A DNA stretch of 64,000 bases from the NCBI RefSeq assembly GCF_039654945.1, contig NW_027361714.1, positions 50,282,001 to 50,346,000 of the forward strand. Reading direction: 5' to 3'. Both the position numbers and the translations under genes were made by a program. Shown here one piece after another: positions 1 to 12,322 of the stretch. Position 1 is the first letter of the stretch. The number at the start of each line of letters is the position of its first letter. This stretch comes from Dendrobates tinctorius (Eukaryota). The notes under the pieces are model-generated. The model had not been told where the DNA came from. It saw only the letters and a list, made by a program, of their open reading frames with translations, and ran no database searches.

Positions 1-78
1 GGCGACAGAAACTAAATCTCCGAGCACGCCAAAATACTCGGAGGCCACCCGAGCAACGAACATACTGGCTCATCACTA
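1..78. mobile_element. Terminus of a non-autonomous hAT-type DNA transposon (truncated by window edge)
   Basis: Ends ...CTGGCTCATCACTA (reverse complement TAGTGATGAGC..., hAT-like TIR) with CCGAGCA subterminal motifs. Confidence 0.5.
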
Positions 79-499
79 TTAATAATGGCAATCTGTCTAT
101 AAAAGTTAGATGCTATATGGATGATCCATATGGGATCTAATTTTGTTTTGTGCACATATAAACTTGTATAGGCGAGACTCATCCAAAATAAGGAAGACTA
201 GTACATGCTGCAATTTTTTTTACACAAACTTTCGGTCCGTGTGAAAAAACTGTCATCTGAGCAGCCCAATTGAATAACATTGGTCTGAGTGCTATCCAGA
301 GTGAGTTTTTTCCATGGACAGCACTCAATAAAGGGTTAGGTCGTTATGAAATAATCATGGTTTAGACCAGTGATTCCAGAATTGGGTTGTATGATGGGGA
401 CTTTTTCAGACTCTTTCTCGGAGATGGTACTGGGCTGCTAGAATAATCAAGACTACTGCTTTTTCTTGTTCACCCAACATTTGGGTCATATGGGTCAAT

Positions 500-3135
500 G
501 TGCACAAATGGAAGCAAAGCTCTGGCTCCAGCAGGTAAAATTCAAAATATCTTTATTAGATCAATTTAAAAATATTGGTATTGTTGTGACACACCATTTA
601 GGTGTAGCTGGAGTATGGAGGGTGCAGAAAGAATACTGAACACGTTTCAAACACAGCACATGTTCTTAAACTTGGTGAAGAATATGTACTGCGTTCGAAC
701 TGCGTTCGGTATTCTTTCCGCACTGTCCATATTCCCAGTGGCGTATCTAGGGGGGGGCAGCCGGGGCAGTTGCCCCGGGCGCAGCCAGCAGGGGGGCGCA
801 GTCGGGCCGCCTAATGCAGCGGTCCGCAGTGTCCTCCCTGGCGGCTGCGTTCTGCCGCCCCCCGCCTGAGAGTCGGCGGTTCTCTGTGTCAGCTGTCAAG
901 CTGACAGCCGGCGCAGAGAAGGAGGCCGTGCCGGCTCCCAGGGAGCAATTGTACAGGCCAATTGAAGCTCTGACCACCGGGCCAGAGCGACGTCAGCAAC
1001 GTGATCATGTCATGTGATCACGCTGCTGACGTCACTCCCCGGCGCCCAAAGCAAACTCTGGTGGTAAGTGTGCTCCACTGTGTGGAGCTGAAGAACCACC
1101 GAAGATGGGAGATGAGGGGGAGTTAATGAGTGGAGATGGGGGGGATTTGTAGAGGGGATGGCGGTTAATGTGTGGGGGTATTTAGAGTGGGGATGGGGAT
1201 TAATGAGTGGGGATGCATGGGGTTAATGTGTGGGGGTATTTAGAGTGGGGATGGGGGTTAATGAGTGGGGATGCCATGGGGTTAATGTGTGGGGGTATTT
1301 AGAGTGGGGATGGGGGTTAATGAGTGGGGATGCCATGGGGTTAATGTGTGGGGGTATTTAGAGTGGGGATGGGGGTTAATGTGTGGGGGGATTTGGAGTG
1401 GAGATGGGGGTTATTTAATGTGATGGGGGTTAATGAGTGGGGATTGGGTTAATGTGTGCGGGGGTTAATGAGTGGGGATTGGGTTAATGTGTGCGGGGGT
1501 TAATGAATGGGGATGGGGATTAATGTGTGGGGGCGTTAATGAGTGGGGATGGGGGTTAATGTGTGTTGGGGTTAATGAATGGGGATGGGGGTTAATGTGT
1601 GGGGGTATTTGGAGTGCAGATGGTTATTTAATGTGTGGGGGGATTTGGAGTGGTGATGGGGTTAATGAGTGGGGATTGGGTTAATGTGTGCGGGGGTTAA
1701 TGAATGGGGATGGGGGTTAATGTATGGGGACGTTAATGAGTGGGGTTGGGGTTAATGTGTGGGGGTATTTGAAGTGCTGATGGGGGTTAATGAGTGGGGA
1801 TTGGGTTAATGTGTGGGGGGATTTGGGATGGGGGTACTTAATGTATGTGGGGGATTGGGGATGGGGGGATTTAATGTGTGGGGAGATTTGAGGACACAAA
1901 ATAAAGAGTATGTATGAGGAAACAGTATGGGGGATTGGTGCAGACAGTATGGGGAGCGAATGGGTTAATGTAAGTGGACACAGTATGGGGAGTCGGGGAT
2001 ATGTGTGAGCAGACAGTATAGAGAGTGAGGGGGTAAATATATGAGGAGACAGTATGGTGAACAGGTGGGATGTTGGAGGAGACAGTATGAGGAGGGAGGG
2101 GAATAGTGTGAGGAGACAGTATATTGCAGATATTTTTATTTAGGGGCATTATAATGACACTTCTATCTTTAAGGGCATCGTGTGGAGATTTGCTGCAGAA
2201 GACCGGAGAAGATGGAAGTCTACAGAGACGAGATGTGGGTGAGAAAACTCATCATGGGGTCTAGAAGAAAAGGAGACTGACTGCAGAGACGACGTCATCT
2301 ATAAGGTACTTGGATGTAAATGTTATTTGTGATACTGACTAATTCTCATGTTTTTATTTGTTAGGAACATTAAAGGGGTTGTCCAGGTTTGTACGGAGTC
2401 TGCAGTCATTCTATGTGACTGCAGACTTCTGAATTCTCACAGTGCTCACTGAACGCTGTTAGGATTCTCTCGTGCCGGTAATTTACATACATACGGTCAC
2501 ATGCTGACTAGACATGTGTGGCCTCACTCAATGAAAGTGAACGGAGCGAGGCCGGGCACGTCTAGTCGGAATGTGGCCAGAAGTATATAAATCACATACT
2601 TGTGCTGACATGACTGTACATCGGCAAGGGAGAATCCTAAAAGTGTGCAGTGCATTAGTTGTGAGAATTCAGAAGCAGCAATGTCAGGATTCAGCTCTGC
2701 AGGTTCCAGTAGTCATCACACGGACACTTCACTCATGTGCGATTTTCATACTTGACAACGAGCTTCTCTTCCTGCTTCTCTCAGTTTTTTACTGAACATT
2801 GAGAGCATTAGGGAGAGCAGCTCGTGGGTACATGGCTAAGTGTGCAAGTCGCATATGTACTTGGGGGGGGGGGGCGCCGAACCGAATTCTTGCCCCGGGT
2901 GCCAGAGAGCCTAGATACGCCTCTGCATATTCCAGCTACACCTAACCGATGTGTCACAACAATGCCAATATTTTTAAATTGATCTATTAAAGATATTTTG
3001 AATTTTACCCTCTGGAGCCGGATCCTTACTTCCATTTGTGCACCTTGCTTCCACGTCCGGCAGAGACAAGATCCCGTGCCCCGCTATATGGAACCTACGG
3101 AGTTCTCTTCACGAGTGAGCTGAATATTTTCCTTA
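500..3135. mobile_element. Penelope-like element pseudo-LTR relic arranged as an inverted repeat (arms ~500-666 and ~678-735 + 2934-3043), split by a hAT insertion
   Basis: Left arm GTGCACAAATGGAAG...CACATGTTCTT is the imperfect reverse complement of AAGAATATGT...CCATTTGTGCAC once 736-2933 is removed; decayed hammerhead-like core (TGAAGAA...CGAACTGCGTT) and A(A/T)TAAA signal. Confidence 0.6.
736..2925 (+). mobile_element. Non-autonomous hAT transposon, copy 1 (G-rich internal minisatellite ~1110-1900)
   Basis: TIRs CAGTGGCGTATCTAGG / CCTAGATACGCCTCTG; perfect 8-bp TSD CATATTCC (728-735, 2926-2933); homologous to 21447-23485. Confidence 0.92.
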
Positions 3136-4094
3136 TAGCCCATGTCATATGGTTCAATGCAGTAACATCACTTTTCTGTCATAATTGCTTTAGAAAAGTA
3201 TGGCGTCCATGGCAAATGTCATAATAAAGTCCAGACACTTTTGCCACAGTTTTTCTACAAATTGTAGGATAAGAAGAAGGCATGTCTTTCAAGTTGAATC
3301 TGCTTTAGTCCTCATTCAGACGTCTGATTTTCATGGACGAGTATTCATGTTTCTCCTCAGACTAAGTGAAAAATATTGGAGACATGTCTGATTAGGATCC
3401 TAGGGTCGGATTAAAGAACATAGAACAAGTCACTGGGTACGTGAAAAAAATCAGACTGAACTCAGATGTTGAGTGCAGTCCGATTTTCCTGGACTGTTAG
3501 AAGATAGGAGGTAGAGACTTTCTTTTAATTTATCCACGTATGGATGACACTCATACCAGAGTATGATCAGAATAGTTGGTCTGATTTTTTTCTTACTGTA
3601 AGCGAATAATGGATCTTATTTCAGAATTTATGAGAATACATTACATAGTAAATTGTAGTTACCTAAAGGCATACAGATCAGATCAATAGCAATGCTCCAT
3701 CATGCACACCGACAGGTTACAATTCCTCAGTAGAATCTGGTTTATTTATAAAGATCATGTAACAAACTTTGTTAAACTTTTACTAAAATAGGGAAATCTC
3801 TGATCAGGAATTCTTAATATATTTCTAGTATCAAAATTCCTCACATCTGCTAAAATATTCCACTAATATCTCAAATCAATAGCTGGTTTATGCCTCTAGA
3901 ATAAAACATTATATCATTGTATCAGTGGATTGATTTGTGAAACTAAGTCTGCTGTATTTCTAACAACAGCAAAACCACTGCTGCTACATGTAACTTTAAA
4001 ATCTGTGATCAAAAATAGAAGATATTTTTGGTGTGCTGCATTTTTGTGGCCAGTAATCTTTTTTGGAAAATGAAATATGCTCTAGGTACAAGCA

Positions 4095-4101
4095 TTTATT
4101 G

Positions 4102-4143
<42 letters not shown>
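4095..4143. repeat. (TTA)n microsatellite
   Basis: Direct reading. Confidence 0.95.
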
Positions 4144-4146
<3 letters not shown>

Positions 4147-4320
4147 GTATACTTCTTAGGTTGGCATAATTTGCCCACTGTTCGGGGTAGGCAAATTATG
4201 GCATCACATGCTGGATCTTGTATTACGTGGGCAATGTGGGAATGTCATAGCTGCTTTTCGTTCTGACCCAAAGTCAGGTAAGCTAGATCACCAGTGAGTC
4301 CAGATTAGGAGTTTTCGCCC

Positions 4321-5360
4321 TTAATTTACAAGCGCTTGTAGACAAAAGAGACTGCTCACACACGGGCGATGTGTTATTTCTGTGTTACATCCATCATTCA
4401 CACTCACAAAAGGTGGGTTTATGCAAATGTACCCCATGTCTGACCATTTCAGCTGTAACCGTCCAAAGTACATCTCTACACTCTCTCCTTTTTGCTGTGT
4501 CACATTAGTCAGGAGTACAGACTGCTCTGATTGTTCCATTGTAGCCCATTGTTTTAGTGACTTACAGTACGTCTCCTCAGACCGTGCAGATTTATCATCC
4601 ATGCCCCAAGCCTGATTCTTTGCCACATCTGTATGTGTCCTAATTAGATGTCCTAGTGCATCACCTGCCTTTAAACTCACCAACCTCTCTAGGTCTGCCC
4701 AGGTAAACTTATATGTCTCCTGTATTTCCTTTATGTGTCTGTAAACCGGGAATGGTTGGTTTTCAGGGTCAGACAGCTGCTTCAACAAAGCTAGCTGGTT
4801 AGAGGGACTCCAGGGATAATACACCTGCATCTTTCTTACTCTAGTCACCCTTCTAGGTCCTGATGGGGTTGGTCATCTGGTGTCTACTGTCAGCTTACTC
4901 CTCAAAGGTCAATGTCCCTACTATCCACTAACCACACTATTATGTCAGCTTCTTATGTCACTACATATGATCTTGTCTGGACAGGATTTAGCGCAACTCG
5001 CTTAGGTCGGTAGCACAGGTCACACAAGTAGCTATTCAGTCTGGGTTTGTCTGAGTCTGACCACAGTGTTTACAAGTCCATCTGTTTTGTCTGGGTCTCT
5101 GGTTAAACTTGTCAATCAAAACATTCATAATACAGCTTCCATACTGCTGCACGTTCTCAAACATCATTTATTCACTTGCTGTTTTCTTCCCTTGTCTGTA
5201 CCTTTTTGTACATCCAAACATTCACACTCTGGTATTTTTACCTTTTTCAATATTGGTCCCACTTGTTTTACTGCTTCCTTTCTTCTCTGTCTTTTGCAAT
5301 CTGCATAGCTGTCTTGGATCCCATTGGGGGCACCGACTGTACACAAAAAAAGTTGCCCAT
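4321..5360 (-). pseudogene. gag: Endogenous retrovirus gag relic (matrix start MGNF..., capsid with major-homology-region-like motif)
   Basis: ATG GGC AAC at 5360 (myristoylation-type start, then frameshift in a T run); ORF 4321-4848 has YPWSPS...L and QQKGESVEMYFGRL (MHR-like). Confidence 0.65.
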
Positions 5361-5507
5361 GGCTTCAACTTTTCCTCCCGACAGCTCACCTTTCTTCTGA
5401 AATGCCCTCTCAGTGTGCCTGACTTTGTCTTACAGGCCACACTTAGCAAGTCAGAGAGAGCCTGCCAAGGTGTAGCGGGAAGGCTCCTTGCCTCTCACCC
5501 GGTAGAC

Positions 5508-6342
5508 TGTTATGAATGAGTCACCGAAGGAGGAAAAAACAAAAATACAAGCTAAGTCCAGAAAACCGGAGAGGTTGGTAGCTATCGGATTGCAGACCCC
5601 TGATCCTATCCACAACAACTAACAGTAGCCGTGGGGGGTTCCTACAATGCCCTAGACCCCTCGATCACAGCCGGAGAACTAAATAGGCCTAAAGAAAGAA
5701 AGGGGAAATCTAAACTGCCCCAGAGCAGACCCCAAAGCAATAGGCAGCCCCCAACATATAATGACGGTGAAGCAAGATGAAAACACTAACACAGATAGAA
5801 AGATAGGTTGAGCAAACGATGGGGCCCAAGCTAACTAAAAAGGACAGGATAGAAAAGCTGCTGTCTGCAATCCGTAAAAAAAAAAATGTCCCAACCGTCT
5901 GATAGGAAAAACAGGCCCTGAAGTCGCTAGGACTTCAAAAAGACTATATCAGCAATCAGGTAAATTCTGAAGACAGAGCAAAGAGACAAACTGATCAGAG
6001 ACAAAAATGGAACTCAGCACACCCCCGACCGGGGATGGTGAACTAAAAAAAACAAGGTAAACAAAACAAAACTAATAAGTTCAATAGCAGAGCAAAAACT
6101 TATCTTTGGGAAGCAGGAATCAGACTGGTCTCCAAGAATCCAGCAGAGAAATCACCAGCGACTCAGAAGGGTGTCGGCTGCCTTATATCCAGTCAGAATT
6201 TCCTGATACCCAGTCATCATCTACCAGATCAGGTGTTTGGTAATCAGCCTCACTACCTTCCTTCACCAGAAGAGGGAGTTCATCAGACATCGACGGTGAA
6301 GGGGAAAATGAACTCACAACAGTAGACCTACAGGATGTAACA
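5508..6342. mobile_element. Solo LTR inserted in the ERV leader
   Basis: TGTTATG...TGTAACA termini; flanks AGAC/AGAA (imperfect TSD); ERV leader repeats on both sides. Confidence 0.6.
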
Positions 6343-6715
6343 AGAAGGCTCTCTGCCTCTCACCCGTTAGATCAGCTGGCTAGAATAGGAATAGACCTTT
6401 TTCCTTCCAGCCCAGCTCCATGGAACGTGGGAAGGCTGCTTCAACTTAGACAGCTCATCATTCTTCTGAAATGCCCTTCTGTGTGCCTGGTCCTCTGTCT
6501 TACAGTCCACACATAGCAAGTCAGAGTGAGCCTGCCAAGGTGTATTCAGAAGGCTCCTTGCCCTCGCCTCTCACCGACAACAAAAAAACCTGCTGACTAA
6601 AGTAAGAAGGCCCAGGTGTGATAGGTCTCTAACCTACTTTATCAGCCATACAGTCGGCTACCTCCTCATTATAGAGTAGAACACTATAGGAGTACTGTTT
6701 GTAATGTAATGTAGT

Positions 6716-6974
6716 ATTTATTTATTTTACTCATTTATATAGCGCCATTAATTCCACAGCGCTTTACAGACGTTATTGGCACTGTCCCCAATGGGGCTCA
6801 CAATCTAGATTCCCTATCAGTATGTCTTTGGAGTGTGGGAGGAAACTGTAGTACTCGGAGGAAACCCACGCAAACACTGGGAGAACATATAAACTCCTTG
6901 CAGTTGCTGTCCTTGGTGGGATTTGAACCCAGGACCTCAGCAGTGCAAAACAACAGTGAGCCATCGTGCTGCCC
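6716..6974 (-). mobile_element. tRNA-derived SINE (V-SINE-like)
   Basis: Reverse strand begins GGGCAGCACGATGGCTCA, B-box GGTTCAAATCC, tail GCGCTATATAAAT plus AT-rich run; same family as 11452-11703. Confidence 0.85.
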
Positions 6975-7289
6975 AAAGTATTATGCACTACATAGCTAGA
7001 CAGCCAAATACTATCAGGGGCTTACATAGAAATCATGGGGACCCATAGCAGAAAACTTAAATGCCCCCCGCCTACCCCCCAAAAAAAATTTGCGTAAAGT
7101 GGGGTCATGGTGAAAATAGGCATAGTCACAGAAGGGCATATCTACCAACTTTTGAAAACAGAGAGAAGGACATATATTGTGGCACTTATAAGGTAATTTT
7201 GCCCTATTGAAGCCTCTTAGTATTCTTACTCACTATGATAACTCTTTCATGACCACATATGTAGGTATGTATAAATATGATGCCAACAA

Positions 7290-7736
7290 AAATGCTCCCC
7301 AAACATAGTATGATACTCCCACAGTGAATTCTGCACACATAGTATGATGCCCCCAACAGTGATGTCCCCATAGTGCCCCCACACATTTTGATAGCCTCCA
7401 CATACATAATGATGTCCCCCCAGACACATTAGGATGGACCCCACAACACAGTATGATGGCCTGTCACAGTCCTCCACACAGTATAATGGCCCCCACACAG
7501 TCTTCCACATGGTAAAATTGCCCCATACAGCACTCTAAATAGTATAATGGCTCCCATACAGCCCTCCATATAATATAAGGCTCCCACAGCCCTTAACATA
7601 GTATAGTGACCCCCACATAGTAGAATGCCCTCCACAAAGCACTACACAAAGTATAATGGCCCCCATACAGCTCATCATACATTATAATGACCCCCACACA
7701 GTATTATGTCCCCCACAGCCCTCCACACAGTATAAC
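7290..7736. repeat. Degenerate minisatellite (CACACAGTATAATGGCCCC-type) inside a hAT-like element starting ~7015
   Basis: Repeated AGTATAATGGCCCCCACACAG motifs. Confidence 0.7.
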
Positions 7737-8310
7737 TGTGCCCAGTCTAGTCAGTATTATCAATTTCACAAGACTTGGTACATTTAATTCACAAACTCCA
7801 GAAAGATGCAAAACAAAAACAGCCTTTCTCCGAAAAAAAGGTAAAACAGAAGAAAACAATTCGTACAACAGATATAAATATAACACCTGGTCTATGGAAG
7901 AGAAAAACCAACTTAAGAGTCCTTCCCTCCTCCCACACACAGACCATTTCAGTGACAGCTCAGCTCCTTTAAATATGACTTGTAAAGCCCGTACTGAAGC
8001 TATGGGAATGACCATTCCAATCCAAGCTCTTCTGGTAGCTCCTAAAACCTAGACTCAAAATCTGGTTCCATTAAAAAAACTTCTCAGCAACCTGGTATTG
8101 CTGGAACTTTCATTTCCAGGACTTACATCACCGAGACTAGCCACCTGGGGACACATAGCTCCCATCCAGGACTTTACCACCTGGTTTCCTACACCCCATT
8201 TAATGTGCTCATTAATATAAAAAAAAAATAGAAGACTACTCATCTCTCTACATTCCCTTACTGCTCCAATTTCTGCAGCGTGTATTCTGAATTTCTGCAA
8301 GGTGGGCACA
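7737..8310. mobile_element. Probable solo LTR
   Basis: Inverted termini TGTGCCCA...TGGGCACA; no clear TSD. Confidence 0.4.
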
Positions 8311-8365
8311 ATGTAGATACGTCAGAGCTTGGGCTGCAGAGGGGATGATGGAATAAAGAGCTGAT

Positions 8366-10178
8366 CGTCATGACTTTATCATCAGGTGTCCCTGGACCAG
8401 GGACTCCTTCTCTGTCCCTAACGCTAGGGGTGCTCTATCTCGCCCTGTTCAGCAAATTACTTCTGATGGTGAAGACGCCAGGGCCACATACCTTGGCTTA
8501 GCTTCTGAATCCGCCGTCATTCTGTACCCTTCAGCCACTCTGGGAAGAGGGGAGTAGTAGTGTATCATTTTATTTACACCAACCAGACTAACAAGGTAAT
8601 ACGAACAGGGAGAGCGAAAAATACCAAACATACAAATATACTCACACAGGCAATAGAGGTAAACACCGGAGAGTAGAGGATGAGTTAAATCAAAGTAGGA
8701 GAAGAAAGGGAATTATGTAAGGGGATGGACCGGACGGCAGTTACCTGCATGCCAGGTCCAGAATTGAAGATGCTGCATCCTCTGTTCCCGGGGGACTGCC
8801 TTGAGGAGGCGGACCTTCTCCTGCAGCCTGAGGGAAGCCCGGGGAGACACCTTCCTATTGACTGAGGGAGGTGGGAGGAGACTGAGGAAAATGGTGAGCA
8901 GCAGCCGGCAGATAAGAGGGCAAAGCACGCGAAACAGGGGAGTTTTGCGCCAGAGCAGAGCAGTGTGCAGGAGCACGATGAGCGGCACGCTCGGCTGCCC
9001 CTTCCCCCACTGGGTACAGGCATTGCGGCAGGGTCCAACTGTTTAGAGCGGGACCGCTGCCAGGAGAGAAGCCGGGTGCAGAACAGCGCAGAGCCGCTGC
9101 AGGACAGAGCAGAGCCGGTCGTGCTGCAGCCAGAGAGAGAGAAGTGCTTTGTCTGGGAGGAACCAGTGCCCCGCATATCAGTGACCATCATTTCCCGCCG
9201 CCAGCAGCCGGGGACAGAGAGCGAGAGGGACGAACAATGTGTGCCGGTGACTTCCAGTAAGCGAGACGCAGGGCAATCCGTGTCCGTGAATACTACACAC
9301 ATGCCCCATACTAGTGACCGAATACAGGACAGACCCTTTTACCCTGTCTGTGCCGTTAAACAACTTCTGAGCCACGTGGAGCCCGTATCAGAGTGTGACC
9401 CCTTTTTCCGTCAGCCACTTTGGGTACACTTGACTGACACTGTGAGGAGAGTGGTGCAGGAGTCTCGTCGAGCTTAGAGCTTTCTGTGGCCCTTACTGTT
9501 GCTTGGTCACTACAGAATATGGACTAGGGGCAGTGGAAGGTACCGGAGACCAACCACTGTCACCAGAAGACGGGGGATATTTTTGTCCGCTTGACCCCAT
9601 TAATTAGGACACTGCATCGGCCGCTGCTGGCACCATTGAGTTGCAGCATTAGGACTTCCTTATACGTTTGCTAATACTTGAACCATTGTATTGTACCGTA
9701 CCTTTAATACTGTTTAACGCTTTACCTCCCTGCGTGGAGTATTTCCCCTGTAAATAAATCCTGTTAACCCTTGCTCTGTTGCCTGCGTACCATCACTGCA
9801 TCCCGCATTCCTGCTTGTTACCCTTTACAATTATCACACACTCAAAACCTAGCAATAGTCACAGATAAATCCACCAAACACCTTCTCCAATAACAAACAC
9901 CAGCAAACTCCAGCCATGCAGCAAAAGCTAACTCTGACAATGAGAGCTAGCCAGGGCTCAGATTACATAGGATATGGGAGTGGCTAACAGTGCACAGCTG
10001 AGAGCCTTAACGCAGGAAAGCTTCCAGGTGCTCTCAACTGAGCAGATTAACCCCTGCACTGCTAAAAGAAACTTGCACCATTTAATATGAAGGTGAAGTG
10101 CTTTTAATCAGTGCAGAAGTAGGAGAAATAAGACGCTGCAATATTCTGGTTCCTCTCTGTCGCTGTAACACAGTGACA
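8366..10178 (-). mobile_element. Gypsy solo LTR (same family as 37849-39116) with nested LTR
   Basis: Reverse complement matches TGTCAC...GTGACA LTR at 37849; TSD CTGAT/CTGGT. Confidence 0.75.
8716..9829 (+). mobile_element. Solo LTR (4-bp TSD family)
   Basis: TGTAAGGGG...CCCTTTACA, TSD ATTA, AATAAA near 3' end; related to 40535-41359. Confidence 0.85.
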
Positions 10179-10351
10179 CTGGTGGCTCCCGGAAGCAGAT
10201 ATTATTGAAAAGCATCGGCACTGGACCCCTGGCTCATGGGCCCCGTAGAAACCTCAAGGTCTGCTACTATTAGCAGTACTTCATGCCATGCCTCTGTTTG
10301 TTTTTGTTTTTTTGTGTGCATATATTTGTGCTTCTTCACTTTGTTTGAAAC

Positions 10352-10465
10352 ATGGCTGAGGAAGAGACCTAAGAAGTTCTGAAAGCTTGTTTTATAACAT
10401 CATATATTTTATGTTAGCCATTAAAAGGTATCATTCATAACTGCAAGACTAACTTGTTTTTCCCA
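10352..10465 (+). mobile_element. Penelope-type pseudo-LTR relic with decayed minimal hammerhead
   Basis: CTGAGGAAGAGACC...TTCTGAAAGCTTG followed by ATTAAA. Confidence 0.4.
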
Positions 10466-11451
10466 CTGAAAGCATTCTATTAGCAATACGTTACTGTATA
10501 CTGCAGTACTACTATATCTAACCGCATGTAGTTAATAGATATTTGTCAGTCTCTGTGCATAAGATGGTACTCTATGGGTATTTTTCTTATTGAGTTACAG
10601 TACAGCACTATCCAACAACTGTGCTGCAATCTGTCAATGTATTCAGATGCACACATTGGAGTTACTAGATAGAAAGTTTGAGAAATTTTCAATGGCACCT
10701 TAATGCAATTGGCATATTGGTAACCACCAGCTTTACTTCCTACAAAACTTATGAGGTTTGTCTATTTAATAAATTAGATGTTTTCACTATGATAGACGTC
10801 TTCTTTGCCTTATTGCCACACATTGTAACAATTTGGAGAAGAAAATCCTATTCTTCAGGGTTGAACACCTAATAATATACAATGGGTCTATTTTACTTCA
10901 CTACAGGATGAATAGGAATTTGGAATCCTTCAGTTACAAGACTTTCATTGTATGTAGAATTGAAGAATATGAAAAATAAAAGTATGTCATTTCTTACAGT
11001 TTGTATGGTTGAATAATTCATTCATATCTATATATAATGGATTTGTAGTGTTTCGGGAAGAATCTTCAGGGAAAGTCCTACATTCGTAATTTACAATGAA
11101 CAGAAATAGTCTGCTGTATATTACAGTTACAATCCCCTTAAGGCATGTTCACATTGTCTAATAGGTTGCAGTGACATATATTCTGAAATTTTGGAATACA
11201 AACGCAATCAAAAGAGGTATAACTGCCTTATACTGTCCATATATTATACAGTATACCCCATTAGTGTTATTGCACTTTATATAACTTTAAGATGTATTTA
11301 AAAAAATCACATCAATATAAAAAGGGTTTAAGTTTGCATTTAGAAAAGTATTTTTAAGTTATCTATGCTTTCGAGGGCACCATTAATTTGACAGCAATTA
11401 TCTGAGATCATCATCATCACTGTCCTCACAATCTAAACTTCTTATCATATC

Positions 11452-11703
11452 GGGCAGTATGGTGGCTCAGTGGTTAGCACTGCAGCCTTGTAGTGCTGGA
11501 GTCCTGGGTTCGAATCCCTCCAAGGACAACATCTCTAAGGAGTTTGTATGTTCTTCCCTGTGTTTGCGTGGGGTTCCTCCCACATTCCAAAGACATACTG
11601 ATAGGGAATTTAGATTGTGAGCCCCATTGGGGACAGTGATAATAATGTGTGTGAATTGTAAAGTGCTGTGGAATATGTTAGCGCTATATAAAGATTATTA
11701 TTA
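11452..11703 (+). mobile_element. tRNA-derived SINE inserted in an older antisense SINE (11375-11451 + 11704-11862)
   Basis: A-box TGGCTCAGTGG, B-box GGTTCGAATCC, GCGCTATATAAAG(ATT)n tail; flanks read as the reverse complement of the same SINE. Confidence 0.85.
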
Positions 11704-11869
11704 TATCAGAATGTTTTTGGAGTGTGGAGGAAACTGGAGTACCAAGAAAAAACTTACCAAACACGTGGAGAATATATAAACTCCTTGCAGATTTTGTCCT
11801 TGGTGAGATTTGAAACCAGTAGTGCAAGGCAAAATTGCTAACCACTCAGCCACCATGCTGCCTAGTCAG

Positions 11870-12150
11870 AGCTGCCAGGTATGAGCACTACACGCAGAAA
11901 TAAACATGCTTGCTATCAATTCAGTTATTAATGCTTGTCTGAAGGATGTTGTGCAATGCAGAATGCACTTGGGCACTAAAATCATCAAGATCATCTGCTG
12001 GCAGCTTCTTTTGTAATTGTTTACCAATGTGCTCAATATGAGAAACGTCTGGAGATTCTGCAAGCCATGCTAGCACATTTAGGCTATGCATGCTGGTCAT
12101 AGTAGTGGGCATCTTTAGGACGGAGACCTTAACAGGGCTACAACAAAGGA
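11870..12150 (-). pseudogene. Very degenerate Tc1 transposase C-terminal fragment
   Basis: LAWLAESPDVSHIEH resembles the Tc1 WPxxSPDLxPIE motif. Confidence 0.5.
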
Positions 12151-12322
12151 ATGTCATTTAGGTATTTAAATTTCAAGATGGAAAACATTGTCACATGTAA
12201 ATGTGTTTGATGATTCTCCTACAGATTTCCACACACTGTGCAGTTCTCTTTGATATTCCAGTACTTTGTAACCTGTAATAAGCATTTCACATCTTTGTTT
12301 TGTTGGTTGCATATTACTTTAA

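Noticed and set aside
8685-9477. ORFs of 170-205 aa
   Set aside because: Lie within a GC-rich solo LTR; no domain motifs
10891-10955. Possible host micro-exon (TTCACTACAG|GATGAATAGG...TTCATT|GTATGT)
   Set aside because: Splice-like signals only; no recognisable protein or partner exons
11452-11525. tRNA gene
   Set aside because: A/B boxes run into a SINE body and tail; no proper cloverleaf or acceptor stem
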